Part shown: piece by piece, positions 23,492 to 30,336 of the stretch | Layout: each line of letters opens with the position of its first letter | Numbering within the stretch: the first letter of the stretch is position 1 | From: Cupriavidus necator | GTDB taxonomy: Bacteria; Pseudomonadota; Gammaproteobacteria; Burkholderiales; Burkholderiaceae | Assembly: GCF_016127575.1 (NCBI RefSeq) | Contig: NZ_CP066018.1 | Span: 3,780,001-3,812,000, forward strand | Length of the DNA stretch: 32,000 nucleotides | Reading direction: 5' to 3' | Program-made: the position numbers and the translations under genes | The notes under the pieces: model-generated | What the model was told of the DNA's origin: nothing | Database searches by the model: none | What the model saw: only the letters and a program-made list of their open reading frames with translations

Positions 23492-25942
23492 ATGCCACGC
23501 CCCCCGCTGTTCGCCCTGGCCTTGCTCTCTGCCGCCGCGCTGGGCTACGAGATCCTGCTGATGCGGCTGCTTTCCATCATCCAGTGGCATCACTTCGCCT
23601 ACATGATGATCAGCGTGGCACTGCTGGGCTATGGCGCGGCGGGTGCGCTGGTGGCGCTGGCGCAGCGAACGCTGGTCCGCCATTTCGTGCCAGTGTTCGC
23701 GGGCGGGGCCCTGCTGTTCGGCGTCAGCGCGATGGGTTGCTTCGCCCTGGCTCAGCACGTGGCGTTCAACCCCCTGGAGATCCTGTGGGAGCCATCGCAG
23801 CCGCTGCGCCTGTTGCTGATCTACCTGCTGCTGTTCGTGCCGTTCTTTTGCGCCGCGACCAGTATCTGCCTGAGCTTTTCCCGCTTCACCGGGCAGGTTC
23901 CGCGCATCTACAGCTTCGATATCCTTGGCGCCGGGCTGGGCTGCCTGGGCATCATCGTGGCGCTGTTCGCGCTGCATCCGGTCGATGCGCTGCGGCTGGT
24001 CGGCATGGCAGGCATGGCGGCGGCGGCGCTGGCATGCGTGGAATGCCGCTGGCACCGGCCCTGGCTGCCGGCGCTGCTGCTGTTGGCGGCAATCGTTCCG
24101 GCCGGCGTGCCAGGTGACTGGATTGCGCTGCGGCCGTCCGAGTACAAGGAGTTGAGCCAGGCCCTGCGCATCGGCAACGCGCGCGTGGTGGCGCAGCGCT
24201 CGAGTCCCCTCGGCCTGGTCACGGTGGTCGAGAGCCCTTCGATCCCGTTGCGGCACGCACCCGGGCTGAGCCTGAATGCCAGCCAGGAGCCGCCAGCACA
24301 ACTGGCCGTATTTACCGATGGCGACGGGCTCAGTGCGCTCAATCGCCATGACGGCCGGCGCGAACCGCTTGCCTACCTGGGCGACCTGACCTCTGCCCTG
24401 CCCTACCACTTGCTGCGCAATCCGAAGGTGCTGGTGCTGGGCAGCGGTGCGGGGGCGGACGTGTTGCAGGCGGTCTATCACCAGGCCAGCGCGGTCGATG
24501 CCGTGGAACTGAATCCGCAGGTGATCGACCTGGTGCAGGGCCGCTTCGCTGCGTTTTCCGGCAAGCCGTACAGTGCCGCCGGCGTGCGTGTCTTTGCCGG
24601 CGAGGCGCGCGGCTTCCTGGCGGCCAGCACGGCACGCTACGACCTGATCCAGGTGGCCCTGCTGGATTCATTCAGCACCTCATCGGCCGGACTGTACGCG
24701 CTCTCCGAGAGCTATCTCTATACCGTTGAGGCCTTCCAGGGCTACCTGCGCCATCTTCGGCCCGGCGGCCTGCTTGCGATCACGCGCTGGGTCACGCTGC
24801 CGCCGCGCGACATACCCAAACTGCTCGCCACCGCCGTGGCCGCCATGGAAGGCGCGGGCGTGCCCGATCCGTCCCGGCGGCTGGCACTGATCCGTGGCTG
24901 GAAGACGGCCACGCTGGTGGTCAAGAACGGGGAATTCAGTGCAGCGGACCTTGCCGCCCTCGCCGACTTCTGCCGCGCCCGTTCCTTCGACGTCGAATAC
25001 TATCCCGGCATCCAGCCCGGCCAGGCGAATCGCTACAACGTGCTGGACCAGCCCTACTTCTTCGACGCCGCGCAGGCCCTGCTCGGCCCCGAACACGACC
25101 GGTTCCTGTCCCGCTACAAGTTCGATGTGCGGCCCGCCACCGACGACAGGCCGTATTTCTTCCATTTCTTCAAATGGCGCACGCTGCCTGAACTGCTGTC
25201 GCTCAAGGCGCAGGGTGGCCTGCCCTTGCTGGAATGGGGCTATCCGGTGCTGGTGGCGACGCTGCTGCAGGCCACCGCCCTGGCATGGCTGCTGATCGTG
25301 GTCCCGCTCTGGATTCTGCGGCGGCGCCCCCGGCCGCAGCCCGCCGCGGGGCCTGGCGGCAATGGCGCAGCCGTGCGGCGCTTGCCCGAATGGCGAGCCG
25401 GCTTCTACTTCCTCGCGGTCGGCCTCGGCTTCATGTTCGTGGAGATCGCCTTTATCCAGAAATTCATCCTGTTCCTGAGCCACCCGCTCTACGCGGTCGC
25501 GGTGGTGCTGTGCGCCTTTCTCTGCTTTGCGGGACTGGGTAGCCGATACGCCCAGCGCATGCCCGCGCGCGCTGGCGATGACCGCGGCCGGCGGCAGGCG
25601 GCGCTGGCCGTCAACGGCATCTGCGTGGCCGCGCTGGTCTACCTGGCGGCGCTGCCGACGGTGTTCAGGCTGCTGATCGGGTTGCCGGACCCGGCCAGGA
25701 TAGGTGTCTCAGTGCTGCTGATCGCGCCGCTGGCGTTTCTGATGGGAATGCCGTTCCCGCTCGGCCTGGCCCGGATCGCGGCGCGCGACGAAACGCTGGT
25801 GCCCTGGGCATGGGGCATCAACGCCTGCGCCTCGGTGGTGGCGGCGGTCCTTGCCACGCTGGTCGCGATCCATGTCGGATTCACCGCGGTGGTGCTGCTG
25901 GCGCTGCTCCTGTACGCTGCCGCGGCGCTTGCGTGCCCATGA
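23492..25942 (+). CDS. Polytopic membrane protein with central spermidine-synthase-like / class I SAM-methyltransferase-fold domain
   Basis: 816 aa, starting 32 nt after pcm. It has N-terminal and C-terminal multi-helix hydrophobic blocks. The central soluble part carries motif I VLVLGSGAGAD (from nt 24428), AVELNPQVIDL and YDLIQVALLDS. DDRPYFFHFF precedes the second membrane block. Confidence 0.7.
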   Translation: MPRPPLFALALLSAAALGYEILLMRLLSIIQWHHFAYMMISVALLGYGAAGALVALAQRTLVRHFVPVFAGGALLFGVSAMGCFALAQHVAFNPLEILWEPSQPLRLLLIYLLLFVPFFCAATSICLSFSRFTGQVPRIYSFDILGAGLGCLGIIVALFALHPVDALRLVGMAGMAAAALACVECRWHRPWLPALLLLAAIVPAGVPGDWIALRPSEYKELSQALRIGNARVVAQRSSPLGLVTVVESPSIPLRHAPGLSLNASQEPPAQLAVFTDGDGLSALNRHDGRREPLAYLGDLTSALPYHLLRNPKVLVLGSGAGADVLQAVYHQASAVDAVELNPQVIDLVQGRFAAFSGKPYSAAGVRVFAGEARGFLAASTARYDLIQVALLDSFSTSSAGLYALSESYLYTVEAFQGYLRHLRPGGLLAITRWVTLPPRDIPKLLATAVAAMEGAGVPDPSRRLALIRGWKTATLVVKNGEFSAADLAALADFCRARSFDVEYYPGIQPGQANRYNVLDQPYFFDAAQALLGPEHDRFLSRYKFDVRPATDDRPYFFHFFKWRTLPELLSLKAQGGLPLLEWGYPVLVATLLQATALAWLLIVVPLWILRRRPRPQPAAGPGGNGAAVRRLPEWRAGFYFLAVGLGFMFVEIAFIQKFILFLSHPLYAVAVVLCAFLCFAGLGSRYAQRMPARAGDDRGRRQAALAVNGICVAALVYLAALPTVFRLLIGLPDPARIGVSVLLIAPLAFLMGMPFPLGLARIAARDETLVPWAWGINACASVVAAVLATLVAIHVGFTAVVLLALLLYAAAALACP

Positions 25943-25989
25943 ACCGGGGCCGGGATCGATCTCGCATGCCATGGCTGCGGGTCACCCCG

Positions 25990-25998
25990 TGCTAGGAT
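25990..25998 (+). promoter_or_regulatory. Candidate extended -10 promoter element (TGCTAGGAT) for the J-domain gene
   Basis: TGnTAnnnT pattern at 25990-25998, 36 nt upstream of ATG 26035. No convincing -35 was seen. Confidence 0.3.
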
Positions 25999-26034
25999 GA
26001 ATGCCCGCCCGGCAGAAAGACGCCCAATCGGCCC

Positions 26035-26640
26035 ATGACCACCCTCTACACAACCCTCGGCGTGGCACCGGACGCCACCCTGGACGAGATCAAGCGCGCC
26101 TACCGCCGCGCCGCGATGAAGTGGCACCCCGACCGCAACCTTGGCCGCGAGACTGAGGCGCATGCGGCATTCCAGGAAATCCGCGACGCCTACACCATTC
26201 TCTCCGATGCCGGGCAGCGCCAGATCTACGACGAGGTATTCGAGCGGGAGATGCGGCGCTGGCAGGCCGAGCGCGAGGCCCAGGAAGAGCAGGAGCGCGA
26301 GGCGCAACGCGAGAGCCAGCGCATCGCGCAGGAACACTACGAGAAAATGCTCGGTATCGCGATGCGCTTTGCCGACGACGGCCACAACCGCGACGTCATC
26401 TTCGGCGTGCTGCTCGGCCGCGACTGCGAGGCGGAACTGGCGTCACGCATCGCGGACAGCATATGGGCGCTGCAGGAGTCGCGGCGGGCAAGTGCGCGGG
26501 ACGCGCACGCGCCGGACACCGAGGCCGCCCAGGCGCCCGACGGGGCGGCAGCGTCAAACCCCGACGAGGAAACGCGGCCCAGGCGTCATGCCGGCGCCTT
26601 CGATTCGTTCTGGCACGGCTTGTTCGGCATCCGCTCCTAG
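26035..26640 (+). CDS. J-domain protein (DnaJ-like co-chaperone, no Zn-finger/CTD) with charged coil and unknown C-terminal domain
   Basis: LYTTLGVAPDATLDEIKRAYRRAAMKWHPDRN...AFQEIRDAYTILSD..QRQIYD is a complete J domain with the HPD motif. It is followed by the ERE/QEE-rich stretch and an unrecognised ~100-aa tail. Confidence 0.85.
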   Translation: MTTLYTTLGVAPDATLDEIKRAYRRAAMKWHPDRNLGRETEAHAAFQEIRDAYTILSDAGQRQIYDEVFEREMRRWQAEREAQEEQEREAQRESQRIAQEHYEKMLGIAMRFADDGHNRDVIFGVLLGRDCEAELASRIADSIWALQESRRASARDAHAPDTEAAQAPDGAAASNPDEETRPRRHAGAFDSFWHGLFGIRS

Positions 26641-26939
26641 ATGTCGGGGGCGACCAGGAGCCCGCTTTTCACCGTATGGATCAGCGCAAGGCGATCTTCA
26701 ACCGCCTTGCGCAGGACTTCGCGTCCCCTGAACGGATCCGTCAGGTAACTGGCGTACTGGCTTGCCCGAATCTGCACCTTGAGATGCATCGTCGTCGGTC
26801 CACTCTCCGGCCATGTCACCAGGAACGCCGGATGGCTGTCCGCGCACTCAACGAAAGCAGCGTCAGGGGACGGGAAACAGGAGTCGGCGCCCTGGGCAAG
26901 GAACTGTAGATCCTTGTCCTTGAACTCGTAGGTTGCCAT
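26637..26939 (-). CDS. Hypothetical protein (100 aa)
   Basis: GGAG lies 7 nt upstream of ATG 26939 on the minus strand. Composition is balanced. The stop codon overlaps the J-domain gene stop by 4 nt (convergent). No family was recognised. Confidence 0.5.
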   Translation of the reverse strand: MATYEFKDKDLQFLAQGADSCFPSPDAAFVECADSHPAFLVTWPESGPTTMHLKVQIRASQYASYLTDPFRGREVLRKAVEDRLALIHTVKSGLLVAPDI

Positions 26940-26969
26940 TGCTTACTCCCATCGCGCGAAGCCGGCCCC

Positions 26970-27422
26970 TCAGTGAATCTGCATCCCGCGCATGGCATGA
27001 ATCCGGCCATGATGCTGCGTCAACGCCTCATACTGGCGCTGCAGCGCCGCGCTGGCCTCTGGCGGCAGCGGCTTCATCATGACGGACTGATACTCGCGCC
27101 TGGCGGCATCTTCCTCGTGCTCGCACATGCCCAGCACGGCGTCGTCGTTGTTCGGCGACAGCATGTGGCGGAATGCCATCCAGCGGCGGTACAGCATGCC
27201 ATTCATGCTGCCCCGGTCAGCTGGCGCGCCGCCCATGGCGCTGACCATCGACTGCAGTTCCTTCACCGACGCCCGGTACGATTCCGCGGTGCTGGTCAGA
27301 ATGTCGCGCAGCGCTGCATCGCGCACTTCGCTGGCTCCGCTCATGCAGGCCAGTTCGCTGTCCTTGCCAGCCTCGATCAGCTGGTTCAGCGCCAAGACAG
27401 CTTGTTGCTGGTTGTTGCCCAT
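26970..27422 (-). CDS. PA2169-type four-helix-bundle (ferritin-like, DUF2383) protein
   Basis: The internal ATG 27422 is preceded by GGGAGA. The 150-aa product follows the family pattern LNQLIEAGKDSE...ELQSMV..MGG.P...GS..G...R.W...DDAVLGMCEHEEDAARREY...LP...L.RQY. Confidence 0.6.
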   Translation of the reverse strand: MGNNQQQAVLALNQLIEAGKDSELACMSGASEVRDAALRDILTSTAESYRASVKELQSMVSAMGGAPADRGSMNGMLYRRWMAFRHMLSPNNDDAVLGMCEHEEDAARREYQSVMMKPLPPEASAALQRQYEALTQHHGRIHAMRGMQIH

Positions 27423-27632
27423 GGAATTCTCCCAATTTGCATGCCAGCGATGCGCAACTTCGGCGCAAGTCGCCAGGTCTCGCCAACGGACGGACCGCCA
27501 CGGCGCAACCGGCCGCGAGGGGAACGTCGGAGACGCCATCAACATGAATCAGCCGGTTCGCGCCGGGCCCCATCTGCCTGCCCGTTCAGAGGCAAGGCGT
27601 GATTCCATGATAGGAGATGGCTGAACCTCGCT

Positions 27633-28061
27633 TCAGCCCTTGCCCAGGATTGCCATTGCCTTGTTCGCATCGTCGAGCGAGTCCACCGACACGTACGCGA
27701 CAAACTGTATCCCGATGACGGAGGCAGAGAATCCGCGCAGGTTGATTCCGCCTTCCGCCAGCTTTCGGGTCAGTTCCGCCACGATGCCGGGCCGGTCCCC
27801 GCCCATGATTCGCACCGAATGCAGGCTGTGCGTGACGTTGAAGCCGACCTGGGCAGCGGCACGGATTTCCCTGTCATTCTGCAGCGGTGTCACGAACACG
27901 ACACCCTTGCCGGGGTCCTCCGGCGTGCGGCGCGCAATCGCGAATTGCAGGTCCGCACCGGCATCGCGCAAGGTCTCCAGTACCTCGGCGAGGCCGCCGG
28001 GACGGTCCGGTATGGTTGCCGCCCACACGTCCACGCGTTCCACGAGAAGATCGTTGGTCAT
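27633..28061 (-). CDS. Stand-alone tandem ACT-domain (small-molecule-binding) protein
   Basis: 142 aa with GGAGGAA upstream. It has two beta-alpha-beta-beta-alpha-beta-like halves, each beginning with a PDRPGGLAEVL / GDRPGIVAELT motif typical of ACT domains. Confidence 0.7.
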   Translation of the reverse strand: MTNDLLVERVDVWAATIPDRPGGLAEVLETLRDAGADLQFAIARRTPEDPGKGVVFVTPLQNDREIRAAAQVGFNVTHSLHSVRIMGGDRPGIVAELTRKLAEGGINLRGFSASVIGIQFVAYVSVDSLDDANKAMAILGKG

Positions 28062-28152
28062 TGCTCATTCCTCCAATGCCCTCCTACGAATCTAGCTCAT
28101 GGCGGCCGCCAGGCAAGCTCCGGGCTCGGCGGACAGCGGCAGGGCGAATTCC

Positions 28153-28181
28153 TGGAAACTCCCCGTGCCCGGACTTAATAT
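28153..28181 (+). promoter_or_regulatory. Candidate sigma70-type promoter for the CoA-ligase gene (TGGAAA-N17-TAATAT)
   Basis: -35-like TGGAAA at 28153-28158 (4/6 match), an exact 17-nt spacer, and -10-like TAATAT at 28176-28181. It lies about 85 nt upstream of ATG 28266. Confidence 0.3.
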
Positions 28182-28224
28182 GGACTAGTCGTTTCAGGCA
28201 GCTATCGCAGGATAGTGGCACCGA

Positions 28225-28238
28225 CCATCCCTGGATGG
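28225..28238. repeat. Perfect 14-bp palindrome CCATCC-CT-GGATGG, 27 nt upstream of the CoA-ligase start
   Basis: Read directly from the sequence. A second small inverted repeat, CTATC-GCAG-GATAG, lies at 28202-28215. Confidence 0.45.
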
Positions 28239-28265
28239 ATGCCATGAAAGTGAAGGGGGATCGTC

Positions 28266-30323
28266 ATGTCTGAAGGCAAAGCGCCACGCCATGCTGCCCA
28301 GCAGGAATTGGCCGATGTGTCCGAGGCCGAAATCGCGGTCCATTGGCCCGAGGAGGACTATGTCCCGCCGGCCGGCCAGTTCATTGCGCAGGCCAATCTG
28401 ACCGATCCCCATATTTTCGAGCGCTTCTCCCTCGAACGTTTCCCCGAGTGCTTCAAGGAGTTCGCAGACCTGCTGGACTGGTACAAATACTGGGAAACGA
28501 CCCTGGATACCAGCAACCCGCCTTTCTGGCGCTGGTTCGTCGGCGGCAGGATCAACGCCTGCCACAATTGCGTGGATCGCCACCTCGCTGCATACAGGAA
28601 CAAGACCGCGATTCATTTCGTGCCCGAGCCGGAGGATGAGGCGGTGCATCACCTCACCTACCAGGAGCTCTTCGTTCGCGTCAATGAGCTGGCCGCCCTG
28701 CTGCGCGAGTTCTGCGGCCTGAAGGCCGGCGACCGCGTCACGCTGCATATGCCGATGGTGGCCGAACTGCCCATCACCATGCTCGCCTGCGCCCGCATCG
28801 GCGTGATTCATTCGCAGGTATTCAGCGGCTTCAGCGGCAAGGCCTGCGCCGAGCGCATCGCGGACTCCGAGAGCCGGCTGCTGATCACCATGGACGCCTA
28901 TCACCGCGGCGGTGAATTGCTCGATCACAAGGAAAAGGCCGACATCGCCGTGGCAGAAGCCGCCAGCGCCGGTCAGCAGGTCGAGAAGGTCCTGATCTGG
29001 CAGCGCTACCCGGGCAAGTATTCCAGTGCCGCCCTACTGGTGAAGGGCCGCGATGTCATTCTCAATGACGTGCTCGCCGGGTTCCGCGGCAGGCGTGTCG
29101 AGCCCGAGCCGATGCCGGCGGAGGCGCCGCTGTTCCTGATGTACACGAGCGGCACCACGGGCCGGCCCAAGGGCTGCCAGCATTCCACTGGCGGCTATCT
29201 GTCCTATGTGGCGTGGACCTCTAAGTACATCCAGGATATCCACCCCGAGGACGTCTACTGGTGCATGGCCGATATTGGCTGGATCACCGGGCATTCCTAC
29301 ATCGTCTATGGCCCGCTCGCGCTCGCCGCTTCGTCTGTCGTCTATGAAGGCGTGCCGACCTGGCCCGACGCCGGCCGGCCCTGGCGTATTGCGGAAAGCC
29401 TTGGCGTCAATATCTTCCACACCTCGCCCACCGCAATCCGCGCGCTGCGGCGCAACGGGCCCGACGAGCCGGCGAAGTACGACTGCCATTTCAAGCACAT
29501 GACCACGGTGGGCGAGCCGATCGAGCCCGAAGTCTGGAAGTGGTACCACCGTGAAGTCGGCAAAGGCGAGGCGGTGATCGTGGACACCTGGTGGCAAACC
29601 GAGAATGGCGGCTTCCTCTGCAGCACGCTGCCGGGCATCCACCCGATGAAGCCCGGCAGCACTGGCCCGGGAATCCCGGGCATTCATCCGGTGATCTTTG
29701 ACGAGGAAGGCAATGAGGTCCCGGCCGGCTCGGGCAAGGCGGGCAACATCTGCATCCGCAATCCCTGGCCGGGCATATTCCAGACCGTCTGGAAGGATCC
29801 GGACCGCTACGTGCGCCAGTACTATGCGCGCTATTGCAAGAATCCCGACAGCAAGGACTGGCACGACTGGCCGTATATGGCGGGCGATGGCGCAATGCAG
29901 GCGGCGGACGGCTACTTTCGCATCCTTGGCCGCATCGACGACGTGATCAATGTTTCCGGCCATCGCCTCGGCACCAAGGAGATCGAATCCGCAGCACTGC
30001 TGGTGCCGGACGTCGCCGAGGCGGCGGTGGTGCCGGTGGCCGACGAGGTCAAGGGCAAGGTGCCTGATCTCTATGTATCGCTCAAGCCGGGACTGTCGCC
30101 CTCCATCAAGATCGCGAACAAGGTCTCGGCCGCGGTGGTATCCCAGATTGGCGCGATTGCGCGTCCGCATCGGGTCGTGATCGTCCCCGACATGCCCAAG
30201 ACACGCTCGGGCAAGATCATGCGCCGCGTGCTGGCGGCGATCTCCAACCACCAGGAGCCTGGCGACGTATCCACGCTTGCCAATCCGGAGGTCGTCGAGA
30301 AGATCAGGGAGCTGGCGACATAG
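28266..30323 (+). CDS. Acetyl-CoA synthetase family AMP-forming acyl-CoA ligase (acetate/short-chain acid--CoA ligase)
   Basis: 685 aa, collinear with E. coli Acs. Shared signatures: LFLMYTSGTTGRPKG, TGGYLSYVAWT, ADIGWITGHSYIVYGPL, TWWQTENGG, INVSGHRLGTKEIESA, PKTRSGKIMRRVL. Confidence 0.9.
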   Translation: MSEGKAPRHAAQQELADVSEAEIAVHWPEEDYVPPAGQFIAQANLTDPHIFERFSLERFPECFKEFADLLDWYKYWETTLDTSNPPFWRWFVGGRINACHNCVDRHLAAYRNKTAIHFVPEPEDEAVHHLTYQELFVRVNELAALLREFCGLKAGDRVTLHMPMVAELPITMLACARIGVIHSQVFSGFSGKACAERIADSESRLLITMDAYHRGGELLDHKEKADIAVAEAASAGQQVEKVLIWQRYPGKYSSAALLVKGRDVILNDVLAGFRGRRVEPEPMPAEAPLFLMYTSGTTGRPKGCQHSTGGYLSYVAWTSKYIQDIHPEDVYWCMADIGWITGHSYIVYGPLALAASSVVYEGVPTWPDAGRPWRIAESLGVNIFHTSPTAIRALRRNGPDEPAKYDCHFKHMTTVGEPIEPEVWKWYHREVGKGEAVIVDTWWQTENGGFLCSTLPGIHPMKPGSTGPGIPGIHPVIFDEEGNEVPAGSGKAGNICIRNPWPGIFQTVWKDPDRYVRQYYARYCKNPDSKDWHDWPYMAGDGAMQAADGYFRILGRIDDVINVSGHRLGTKEIESAALLVPDVAEAAVVPVADEVKGKVPDLYVSLKPGLSPSIKIANKVSAAVVSQIGAIARPHRVVIVPDMPKTRSGKIMRRVLAAISNHQEPGDVSTLANPEVVEKIRELAT

Positions 30324-30336
30324 GACGGCACGCCGC

